A stretch of DNA of 64,000 nucleotides from Yuukianura sp. NJ FZ-2021 (taxonomy: Eukaryota). A program made the position numbers and the translations under genes. Shown here piece after piece: positions 1 through 10,981 of the stretch. The notes below the pieces were generated by a model. That model searched no databases, was not told where the DNA came from, and worked only from the letters and a program-made list of their open reading frames with translations. Positions within the stretch are counted from its first letter, which is position 1. Each line of letters opens with the position of its first letter. The stretch covers positions 6,572,001-6,636,000 of the forward strand of contig CM102284.1 in the NCBI GenBank assembly GCA_046563655.1, given 5' to 3'.

Positions 1-300
1 TGGTGGTACCTCTTCTTTCTTCGAGTTCGCGAGATTCTTGGCAATTTGTTTTAACTTTTCCTGGGCATCAAATACTGTTTCCTTATACTTTGCATATTCT
101 TCTAAGCTGGAGCAACAATCGGTACAAATCCGCTTCGGCAGTAGATCTTCCTCCAATACCAACACAGATAACGTCTTTCGTAACTTTTCAGAGATTCCAA
201 GCCTTTTCCCTTCTTCTCCAAAAATATGGACACCACCACCGATGAGTTCCGTTGCACAAGTCCTACAGTACTTGGACAACCAAGCATCAAACTCCGGCAT
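1..300 (-). CDS. ZAD (zf-AD) domain protein, N-terminal exon; gene continues off the left edge (probable ZAD-C2H2 zinc-finger factor)
   Basis: Not in the ORF track because the frame has no stop in the window. Manual translation from ATG 300: MPEFDAWLSKYCRTCATELIGGGVHIFGEEGKRLGISEKLRKTLSVLVLEEDLLPKRICTDCCSSLEEYAKYKETVFDAQEKLKQ. It has the CRxC ... DxLPxxICxxC plus helix signature of ZAD. Possible GT donor near position 9. Confidence 0.85.
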   Translation of the reverse strand, partial: MPEFDAWLSKYCRTCATELIGGGVHIFGEEGKRLGISEKLRKTLSVLVLEEDLLPKRICTDCCSSLEEYAKYKETVFDAQEKLKQIAKNLANSKKEEVPP

Positions 301-2372
301 CTTCTTTTATAAAATTCCAAATAGAGAACAGTGCAGTAATTTTCAAACGAACTTGGCAGCTGGATAGGCTTGTTAGGATACCAACCGAGTTTGTTTACTT
401 CGCTCACCTCAAACACGGTTGGGGAGCACTGCATAAGGCGAATGTGTATAATGTTAAGAGATAGGAAATCCGCTGATTAGCGGATTGTGCATCGATGCAC
501 AATTTTTGTTGAGCGAAGGATATTCTTCGTTCAGTGTACCCGCCTTTACTTTTTAGAATTCCAGCAATGTTACGACTATGCTGCGTTAAGAATCTGAAGG
601 GCTTACTTTTTCTTCAAGTTCTATAATAGAACAATAATTATTATTGTAGCCCTGAATTAGTATTTAGTATAACCATAAGGGTTTACTTAAATTGTGGGTA
701 CAAGAGGAGTGCCTTATTAGCGCCCAACCGGGGTCACTGGGAAACGCTATTTTGAATTTGTTTATTTTTTTCCAAACAGTTCGTCAAATGCAGTGCTCCC
801 AGAGTATGGATAGGCCTCCTGCAAGTTAAGAAAATATAAATCTCAACCTCTCAACGTTTACAATACAATACAGTGAACCAACCTACTTCTAAGCTTCGTA
901 AGGTACACACTTACAGTTATTCCTGTAGTTCGCCCCATAGACCTCTAAAAGAATCGACATGGATACGATCGCTTCGGCAGTGTTCGTGTTCATGTTGAAG
1001 AAACTGGCGAACGACTAAATACTATAAAAGTTACACGTACTGATCCCCTTTCATGACGTTCGGTATTTGCACACTTTCCAAACCAAACTCGAGGTGGACA
1101 ACGTAGATTACTAAAAACTTAATTAAATTAAGTGATAACCAGTGAAATCGATTGATGACAGATCATGATAAAAAAAAAACATCTGACAAGGACAACTGAA
1201 AAACTAACTTTCAACCACTGAATAACTTTCACTTCCCTTTCAATAATATGTATTCAAAAATCCCGCGCCCCCAAAATCCATAATATGCAAATTAGGTAAA
1301 CAATAACATATGACGTCCACATTTTTTACGCTAAACGTCAACAATGAAAATGACTGAGGTGAGTTTCAATTTATTCAATTCAGTTTCCGTGTTAATTATT
1401 CAATTAATTGATTTCTATTATTTTTACAGCTTGGATTCCTTCCCACTTCTACTGCATGATCTTTGAACGATCTCAGGACATACTGGACGATTACAGTATC
1501 ATCATACAGTCATCTGGTTTCCGCTACTAACACTACGACAAGCACTTCCGTGTCGGAAGTTCCGTCTCCGGCTCCGCCATCCATCGTCCATTCGGAGTCG
1601 GACTGGCGCTATTAAAGCAAGGACCCTATCGACTCGTTCCTCTGCACGACCCCGAATACGGACGAGAGATCATATTGGACGGAGCTTTCTCCGAGGACTC
1701 TGTGATCCTGCGATTGCGATTCAAGCCTCATTCTGCCTGCATTGTGAAGATGGAAGATGAAGGAACAAGGTGATGGGGAAGATGTGAACGTGAGGACGAG
1801 GAGGCCAAGAGGAGGGTGAGAAGTTGAGTTAAGTGGTGGGTGTTAAGTATATCTTGTGTTTCCTTCTTTTTTTGCTCTTAGCTGACAAGCTCATCGTGTA
1901 AACTTAAACTTTTCTTGGCGTTTGTGATAGGTTTCTGTTGGGTGATCCCGGATTCCGTAAGGATATGCAACTCCAAGTGCAAAGGGATCCCTGCTGAGGA
2001 AGGAATTCTCGCTGTGTATTCTTTTACGCCTTTTGGTTGGATACGATCGACCTTTTGCTGAAGCCAAGCCAAGACCAAGAAAAAGAAGTCCAAAGTATAA
2101 CCATTTTTACTATACTTTTTTTTTGGCTTGAGGCAAGAAGGCAAGAAATTGTACATCTACGCACTCACAAAAAAAGTTAAGTAATTGGTTTTGGTGATAA
2201 TTGTTTAGAACAGAAGCATGTTCAATGACTTCGTGGAGATCCCTGTAGTCACACAAACGACTGATCCAACGTGCCAGTACTGTTAAACCTCAACATTTGC
2301 AACAGTTAACTAAATAGTGGAAGTGCTGCTGGATCTCTTTGTGCGTGTGAAGTGAGAACTCTTTGTCTAACA

Positions 2373-4086
2373 ATGGATCCAAATGGGGAAGTGGTCGATT
2401 TGCCCCAACTCACTTGCTACTGCCACCATCACTGTCCTCCCGGGTCAAAGGACGAAGGGATTTGTTCAGTTCCTTGGGGTGGACGTTGTTTTGCTGCCGT
2501 TGAAGAAACGCTGAACCACATCACTGGAAACCTCGAACCAGAGTTCTCTTATGGCTGTTTCGCCCCTGGTGACCCCTCTTTCTTACAGTGCAAAGGTCAT
2601 TTAGTAGACCATGACATCCCTACGTCAATATTATGCTGTGACACTGGAAATCTGTGTAACGAAAACCTCAGACCTTTCTATACACCAACAAACATTACTG
2701 ATCCCACCCATCCCTTCTACGGCACAACACCCACAGATACCCAACTGCTCCAAATATTAATCGTCGTTGTATTTTCCCTGCTAGCACTAACGCTAGCCGT
2801 CGGTAAGTTAATTACTTGCACAATTTTTAATAAATCTAGTTTTTCCATGCCTAATTTGGTGTATTTCATTTCAGTTTTGTACATTGTCTGCAAGTATCGA
2901 GCAAAAGAACGATTTGAGAAGAGGCTAAAATGCGAAGAGGGCAACAAGCTAGTGTTGTCTGAATGTCCGAATTCCAAGGATTGCGAAATGAATCTGCTCG
3001 ATATCTCTTCCGGTTCTGGTTCAGGCCTTCCGTTACTCAAACAACGAACTATCGGAATGCAAATTGTTCTGAGAAGTCGAATAGGCAAGGGGAGATATGG
3101 TGAAGTGTTTCTCGGAGACTGGGGTGGTACTTCCGTCGCAGTCAAGTCCTTCCATTCTCTAGAAGATGCAAGTTGGGAACGGGAGAAGCAAATTTACCAA
3201 TTGGCGCTCATGAAGCATCCGAATATTTTAGGTATAACTTGACACCACTAGTAACTAAAACTGAATCATTTGAATCTTCCAGTAATTGAAACTTTTTAAC
3301 TTATTTTCAGTGTCAATGGCCTGGGACATTCGTTCAGTCGAAAACGTCACCCGAATGATAATTGTCACAACCTACCATCCCAATGGATCTCTCTATGACT
3401 ACTTGGAAACTCGGAGTCTAACGGAACAAGAAGCACTACGATTGGTCCTCAGCGCTGCCGCTGGACTGTGTCACCTACACACCGAAATTGAAGGAAAACC
3501 GTACAAACCGGGCATTGCCCACAGAGATTTGAAATCCAGGAACATTCTGATCAAGCGCAATGGGGAAGCAGTGCTAGCCGATTTCGGCTTGTCAGTTTGT
3601 TCCGTTCTTCAAGAAAAAGGGGTTGACCGACTACCGCTGAACATCAAATCCGGCACAAGAAGATACATGCCTCCAGAAATACTCGATGACTCCATGAAGT
3701 TTCAGTGGTTCGAGTCTTACAAACAAGCAGACATGTACTCGTTTGCTCTTATTCTTTGGGAAGTCGGTTCCCGGACAATGACAACTCCTCAACGTGGAAT
3801 TGGACTCAAAGAGGAATGTGAACCGTACCAAGTACCATTTTACAATCTGACGACAGCTGATCCATCGTATGAAGAAATGAAGTCATTAGTGTGTGACCGC
3901 GGTCTGAGACCAACAATTCCAGAACGCTGGAACGGTCCTTCCTTCTTTCTCCAAGTTTTGACTAAAGTGATTCAAGAATGCTGGCATCCAGTGCCCAACG
4001 TTCGTCCAAGCTCTCTCCGTCTCAAGAAAACGCTTGTCGGCCTCAAAGAAACCGTGGACAGCCCTACGTCACCTCAATTTGTGTGA
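2373..4086 (+). CDS. tkv: TGF-beta/BMP type I receptor Ser/Thr kinase, thickveins-like; 3 exons (about 2373-2802, 2875-3231, 3311-4086)
   Basis: Cys-rich ectodomain ([10 protein letters not shown]...CFAAV...YGC...CC..NLCN), transmembrane helix, GS box [47 protein letters not shown] introns join the ORF pieces in frame. True start uncertain because no signal peptide is visible. Confidence 0.9.
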
Positions 4087-4479
4087 CCATCAAAGTAAAA
4101 TGGTGGACCGTCCAGTGTCAGGTTGACACTGTCAACTATGTACAATGTGCCATTCGTCAAACAACTAATACAACGAAAACAATACAACGCTATAAATGTG
4201 TAATTTAAAGTATTAACCAAACTGCCGATACTAGAAATTGACCTACATGCTTCCAATATTCAGTTTTTGATTGTTATTTTTTTGGTTCTTTAGTTTTTAA
4301 AAAGGTGTAGCAAAGTCTGGATTGTGCATAGCATAAGTTCTAAAACCAACCATGTTAACCTTAGGATCTAGGCAATTCACAACGAAGTAAAAATTAAGCT
4401 CTTTTTGAAAACTGTGTTTAGAAAAGTTAAGAAAAGTAAAATAAACTTAATAACTTAACGAGATTCTGAAAGTTTGAAC

Positions 4480-6206
4480 TTACTTTTTTGGAGCAGTGAC
4501 AGATTTGAAAACAACGTTGTCCAGCGTAGCTTTACTGGATTTGGTCCAAGCTGGTGCTCGAGCTGTCGACTGTACTGGACCACCAGATTTAGTTTTTCCT
4601 TCATCTTTTTCTTTGGATCCAGTTCCAGGTTGAGGAATTGTAAGTGGGTTGTTTGATGTTGAGCCACCAAAGGTAGAGTTGTACATGTTTCGCCACGATG
4701 GACCACCAGAGGCATAGAGGTGGATTCGTCCAAGTGAAGTGTCATGCTGTTGACTGGTTGAAAGCGACAGGGTTTCACGAAACTTATCCAGGTTGGCCAG
4801 TCCTTCGTAGTCATTGACTTTCTTGCTTAGGAGGATAACCAAGTTCTCTTTTTCTGAAACCAGGTCAGTAGCTTCCTTGAGACTTGCTTCTAAATCGTTT
4901 TTTAGACGTGTGAGTTCTAGAACTTCGGATTCAAGTTTGGTCATTCGTTCCATGGACGATTTGAGAGCTGTACTGGACTTGTTCAATCCATCTGTCTTGA
5001 TTTTGAGTTGATTTTCTTGAGACTTGAGTACAGTTTCCTAAGAAAAACAAGCCACTTTTGAAAATGAACCAAATTATCAGTTTCATGGATTCATGATTGA
5101 TTTCTTACTTGGGCTTTAATTTGCCTTGTGAGATTACGTCCGTCGTCTTGAAGTTTGCGAATAATTTCATTGGCTTTTCCCAATTCACTGCTGACTTCCC
5201 TCAAATGCATTTTCAAAGCGTCCACTTCTCTCTCCAGTCCATCTTTTCTACTTTCCATTTCAGCTCCTTTCTCACCCAGATTGGAAATCAGATCCTGTTG
5301 ACGGGAGATCAGTGCCGTTTTGTCTCTAAGTTCAATCTCCATTGCTTCAGCCTTTTTGAGCAAACTCGCAAGTGCCCTTTGCTTCTCATGGTAATCTGTA
5401 TCCAGCTTGCCGTTATTCTTACGCAGAGTCTGGATTTCATGTGACATCAAGTTAGTTAGGCCTTCAGAGTCTGCAATTTTCTTGGTAAGATCAATGATCA
5501 TGTTTTCCTTTGCAAGAAGATTCTCCTCGGCAACTTTCAATTGTCCATCCAAGTTCCCGTGACCTGACTTGATTTCAAGTAGTTCGGTCTCCAGTTTGTC
5601 ATTCGTCTCACGAAGCGAAGTTATTTCATCAATCATTTGTTTCGTAGCTGCTTCGGAATCGATAAGTTGCTTGCTGAGGTAAGTAATCATGCTCTCTTTT
5701 GTGGCTAAAGAATCTTGAACGTTTTTGATGTGTTCCTTGATTTCGGATTGTGATACGCACATAATCTCCAACTCCGATTCCAGTTTGGCTACCTTCTCGC
5801 TGGCTCCACTCAATGCAGTGCTGGTTTGAACGATTCTTTCTTCCTTAGCTTTCAATTGGGCTTCTTGCGACGAAAGTATATTCTCCTGAAAAAGAATTAC
5901 AAAGGTTATAAACAGAACATAATGAACACTGACGAAACGAAGGCGATGTCATACCTGCGTCTTGACTCTTCTGGAGAGCTGTCCATTTTCATCCTGTAGC
6001 TTCTGAATTAACTCATTAGATTTAGTTAGCTCGGAGCTCACAGCGTTTAAATTGTTCCGGAGATCATCTACTTCTTTGGATAGGGTTTCCTTCCTTTCGT
6101 CTAGGTGAGCTCCCTTCTCTCCGAGAGAAGAAATTAAGTTCTGTTGTCGTTCGATTAGATTTATCATCTCCTTCAGCTCTGACCCCATCCCACTTGAATC
6201 TCCCAT
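4480..6206 (-). CDS. Coiled-coil protein resembling the SAS-6 rod, internally duplicated and lacking the head domain; exons 6206-5955, 5885-5109, 5037-4480 (528 aa)
   Basis: Two phase-0 GT-AG introns join three ORFs. Segments EIQTLRKNNGKLDTDYHEKQR, EIELRDKTALI, SSELGKANEIIRKLQDD and ITYLSKQL match recalled SAS-6 coiled-coil motifs ([55 protein letters not shown]). Confidence 0.8.
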
Positions 6207-6548
6207 TGTTGAATTGTGCTTTGGTTAGGATATGGATAATCCAAGTATGAAAGTTTGATTCGGAATCGGTACCTGTGACATGAATAAAAAGATTAATTAA
6301 GTTGTAAAATACAATACCCAAATAAACACTTACCAGTTTTCTAGACGATGGATTGAAATCATGAAATCACTTGCTAATGGTCTTTGATTGATTGATCAGC
6401 ATCAGCAATCAATAATTGATTTTGAATTGAATGTGAAATGTGAAGTGTGAACCCGAACCGGTGTAAATATCGTTTTCCAAAGATTACACGATGTAATAGT
6501 AGTAAAGATAATAAACTTAATGAACAATTGACAACCAACAACAACAAA

Positions 6549-7502
6549 CTATGGAGGGAGTTTGGTGGCAAAATTATTTTCAAGTTTCGCGCGTTAAAAT
6601 TTTTGGAAAAACACTATCGTGGGCAAGCACAAGCACCGATTTTTTTCAAATTTTTTCTGTAAACACTCTATGAACCCCTGATCACGAAAACACACACAAT
6701 TTTTTTTGAGGGGTCTCAAAAAAAAATATTTTTTCGAAAATTTGAAAAAAAAAAATTTGAATTTTTTTTGGGTCCGATTTGTATCAAAATTGGTTTTTAG
6801 ACTAATTCAAGGGTGCTAAACACGAATATGAAAGAATTTTTTGTTTAAAAGATAAGACTAAAAAGTTATGGAATTTCTAAAGCAATCGTACTATGAGAAA
6901 CGTCAGAGCAATGTATACCTAATGTTTGCGTAAGGGCATCAAAAATGCCATAAAACTTGGAACTAGAATTAGTAATCACTATTGCGAATCTAACCAAACC
7001 CAAGTTGATCTAACTAGAATGAAAAAGTAAATATGGCTGCAAGCTTAACCTAACATACCTCAGCCACCTAACATATCTAACCTCGTAAAAGGAATCGCTT
7101 AAAAAATTCGTAACTTTTTTGTCTAAGTTTTTAGAACAACAATTCTTTCAGATTCGTGTTTCGCATACTCGAATTAGTCTGAAAACCAATTTTCAGCCAA
7201 AAAAAAATTCGACATTTTTTTTCAAAATTTCGAAAAAATATTTTTTTTGTTGAGACCCCTCAAAAAAATTGTGTTTTCGTGATCAGGGGTCCATACAGTG
7301 TTTACAAAAAAAAATTTGAAAAAAATCGGTGCTTGCCCACGATAGTGTAATTTTACCAAATTTTTCTGCAATTAAAATTACTGCAATTAAAAAAAGTTTT
7401 CGCGCATTAAAGTAATACGCGAAAATTTTCGTTTTTAATTGGCAGAACATGTTTTAACGCGCGAAACTTTAAAGTAGTTTTGCCACCAAGCTCCCTCCAT
7501 AA
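6549..7502. mobile_element. Non-autonomous foldback/MITE-like DNA element with long imperfect inverted arms
   Basis: Left arm about 6549-6886 is the reverse complement of right arm about 7094-7502 (acactatcgtgggcaagcac at 6611 vs gtgcttgcccacgatagtgt ending 7348; atggagggagtttggtggcaaaa vs ttttgccaccaagctccctccat). No transposase ORF and no clear TSD. Confidence 0.8.
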
Positions 7503-7642
7503 TTTTACCCTAGAAATCCCTCCATAATTTACTCTATCTTTCTCCCACGTTTTTTTTTTGGCAGTTTCCAAACAAGTTGCCCGTTTGTTTCGCAATGATG
7601 TGTGACTTCAGAGGAATACTGCAGTCACTCTTCATGTTTAAA

Positions 7643-7726
7643 GCTGGGATGGCCGAGTGGTCTAAGGCGCTTGGTTCAGGTCCAAGTCATCTTCGGGTGG
7701 CGTGAGTTCGAATCTCACTTCCAGCA
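7643..7726 (+). tRNA. tRNA-Leu(CAG), 84 nt, long variable arm
   Basis: Acceptor stem GCTGGGA/TTCCAGC, A box TGGCCGAGTGG, anticodon arm CTTGG-TTCAGGT-CCAAG, T arm GTGAG-TTCGAAT-CTCAC, discriminator A, oligo-T Pol III terminator just downstream. Confidence 0.95.
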
Positions 7727-7761
7727 GATAATTTTTTGCAATTTTAAATTCGAAAAAAAAA

Positions 7762-7820
7762 TTGTTTTCCGGTGGGATTCGAACCCAGGCCCCGTTTACT
7801 CCTTACTCAGCACCATGTTC
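7762..7820 (-). pseudogene. tRNA-derived relic (B box), SINE-like or pseudo-tRNA
   Basis: Minus strand reads CTGGGTTCGAATCCCACCGG followed by a T-run. Only a degenerate A box and no full cloverleaf. Confidence 0.35.
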
Positions 7821-8033
7821 ACAATATTATGTTTTAAATGGCTCTAATGTCCAATGCATTGCAAAAATTATATACTTTTTTATTTCGTATTATAGACATA
7901 AATAATAAATAAAGAACTACACGAGTACTTACTTTAATTTTACTAAAATCTCAACCTGCCAATGGCGGATGAACGTTGTATCAAATAACACAAGGTCAAT
8001 AAAGAAATTTCTTCTTAAGTATAAATTTAAAAT

Positions 8034-9964
8034 TCAGTTTTCCTTTGTAGTATTTTGTAACTTAAATACGTATGGTTTGGCGAAGCGAAAGATACTAACT
8101 AAGGCTTCATTTTTAATGTCCGCCTCACTGATTTTACCAAGAGAAGGGGCAAAGGTCAACTTGAAATTTTGCAAAATTGAAACAAAGTAAAGGAAAAAGG
8201 CGTTTCGCGTGTATGCTTGGCCTATGCAAGTTCGCAAACCAACTGAAAAATGGACCGAATGCGGAATTGGCTTTTCATCTTGTGCCAAAAACCGTTCCGG
8301 TCGAAACTGTTCCGGATCTCCCCAAATCTTGGGGTCATGATTGGCTCCATACAGGTTTCCAATGAGTACCGTTCCAGCCGGAACCGCGATACCGCGAAAC
8401 ACAGTATCGGCAGTTGCTTGGTGAAAGTTTGCAAATGGAGCACCAGACGAAACACGGAAAACTTCTTTCATAAACGCCGTGGTGTAGGGCATTCTAAAAT
8501 TTAGAAAACTGTTCAGCATTTCAAAATTTTAAAAACTGTTCTGTATTTTAAATTTTTAAGGACATTGAAAATTAATGTAAGTAAATATTACCTGTCCATG
8601 TATCCTAAGTCAATTGCACAGCAGCCGACTACTTCCTGAATTTCATCTCGAAGTTTTTGCTGCACATCGGGTCGACATGCTGCAAAAGCTAACGCCCAAT
8701 TCAAAAAATTGACAAACGCAATTACTCCAGTTGTGAAAACGTTCATAACAGTTCCCTTGAGGTTGTTTTCTAGATTTTTTTGAGAAAAAGTTAAAATCAA
8801 AAATTCATTTTTTAAAAGTCAGGATACGCATTTCGAACAAGCACTTACCACCAGCTTCGCCAGACAAACATAAGGGAATATTATTATTTGCGTTTTGTTG
8901 AGTTTTCAGAAGCCAAGTTTTAATAAAATTCTTTGAAGTGCTGTTAAGTGTCTGGCCTTGAAGGTCAAGGTCAAGGTCACGCTTGTTTTTGTTCACGGCG
9001 ATTTGGATCAGCTTGTGAAGCAACTCAATTACAGTTTTTCCAGCTTTGTATTCACTCATCTTTGGTAAGTATTCAATAAACTTCGGATTCATCCAGAACA
9101 ACGGATTTCCAATGGGTAGGTAGAACTTCCTAAAAACGAGTTAACTAAATTTTAACTTTTCAAAGCCATTTTTACAGATCCTTTTTGTACTTTTGAAAAT
9201 CCAAGACTTGGATTTGTAGGTTCCTGCTTGATTGAAAATCAAGGTTTTGTCCACTCATCATGTGCCAGACGTATCGCGTAACTGGAACCATCACAGCATC
9301 GCGCAAGCACATTTCAGAATTCCCATTTTGCAAATCCCGCTTCCAGCGTTCAATCATACTGCCAATATCTTGCAGCATCAAGTCATCACCTGGACGTGGT
9401 GCAAAGCCAATTTCAGTCAACACTTTGATTTCCATGTTGCGTACTGCTTCCCATTTCCGAAATTCGGTTGATGTAACGGTGCCTAAAATATTCAAATTAG
9501 GCTAGACGTTTTTCAAAATTCAAAATTTTTAAAAGTCGGTCCTGTTAAAATTTTCACCCCTGTCAGGTCCTCCAGAAAATAGAATCATTGGTATCGTCTG
9601 AGGACGGGCAAAGAAGTTGACATTTTGAAATGCTTCTTTCAAAATTTCAACATCACTTATGAGGATGACGTTGTAGGAACAGATTTTGAGTCCAACAATT
9701 TGTCCATACTTTTTGTTCCATTTGACCAAGCTTGCGAGTGGTGACCTCCTGAACTCTAGCCAGTTTCCAACAACGGGAAATTGAAATGGACCTTGATTGT
9801 TTTCACAAATCAAAATTTTCAAAATCAAACCGAATTTGTCAAATGAACTCTAGCAATTCAACTCTGCAGATTTTACCTGGTGCTTTAGCTTTTTTTGGTG
9901 TTTTCTTTCGAAAGTACAAACAAATGAGGACAAACGTCAAAAGAAGAATAGCTTTAAACATCAT
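8034..9964 (-). CDS. Cytochrome P450, CYP2 clan-like, copy 1 (6 exons)
   Basis: N-terminal anchor MMFKAILLLTFVLICLYF, proline hinge PGPFQFPVVGN, WxxxR (WEAVR), ExxR (EVFR), PERF, heme motif FSVGLRTCIG; canonical introns checked in frame. Confidence 0.93.
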
Positions 9965-10558
9965 TTTCTACAATTTCAAAATTTCAACTTTATGGAATTC
10001 CTTCTTGTACTTAACTTGACTCGTGACAGTATTTGATAGACTAATGTAGCTGTAACTTATGCAGTAGCTTTTTTTAAAAGTTCTTTTAATTAAAAACAGC
10101 CTAATTAACGTCATGTTTTGACGGCAAACTGTTGCCGAAGAAGCCATGCGTTTCCTTGATTTTGGACAAAGATTTAGATTTAGTTTTCAAGGAATAAAGT
10201 GATTTTGAACTTAATTAGAATTTTCTACATGAGAACATTCTAGTTCATATCAAAAATCCCTGATTGTGTCTCGAACTTGTGTGTTTTCCCGTGCCCCTCC
10301 TGAGCGTTTCTTTGAGAATTTAGCTAATTAGCCACTTCGTAAGTAGAATTCGACACAGAAAACGTTGGAGTGTAGTTTACGTATCCTGTTTTACTTACAC
10401 TTTTTTACTTACACACATTTCAACATAAAGTTAAATCCATAAACAGAAATCCTACTTTTTTGAAAAGTTAAAATCCTTCACATAAAAAGTTTAGTGACTT
10501 TGTCGTTTCATGTCGGTGCGTTTGCCTTACTTTAATTAATAAAAAAGTCATTTATATG

Positions 10559-10603
10559 TTAAATATTTCTCATCGTTTTCCAGAAATTAATCCGACGAAG
10601 GTT
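10559..10603 (-). pseudogene. Duplicated 3' fragment of the neighbouring carboxylesterase CDS
   Basis: Translates NLRRINFWKTMRNI*, against NLRRINFWKTMKNI* at 13633-13677. Confidence 0.75.
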
Positions 10604-10981
10604 CTAATACGCATCAAAAACTACCGATTTTATCTCTAACTTGTTTTTTTTAATAAGCTATTTCTTGAGAATTTACCTAATAATTAGACAGAAAAAACTC
10701 CAACGAAATTCGCATAACACGTTTTAGGTGAAGCATTTTAAATTTTAGTTACATTACACAGAAACACCTTTTCGAAATTTTGACGAATAAAAATTTTGAA
10801 AAAATTGAAATTTCGATTCGAACTCGAAAGTACCGAGTCGCAACCTGAGATAGATCAACATCTCCACACTAATGGTTTTCTTCACTGGCTTCAATGTTCC
10901 TCGCACTTCCAAAATTTTATTCATTATTTATTAAATTATAAATTATTATTATAAATATAATTATAAATTGAAAATTCAGTT

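Noticed and set aside
3-464. ORF-track entries 3..245, 38..367, 102..434 and 252..464
   Set aside because: These are shadow frames; the real coding frame is the minus-strand ZAD exon from ATG 300.
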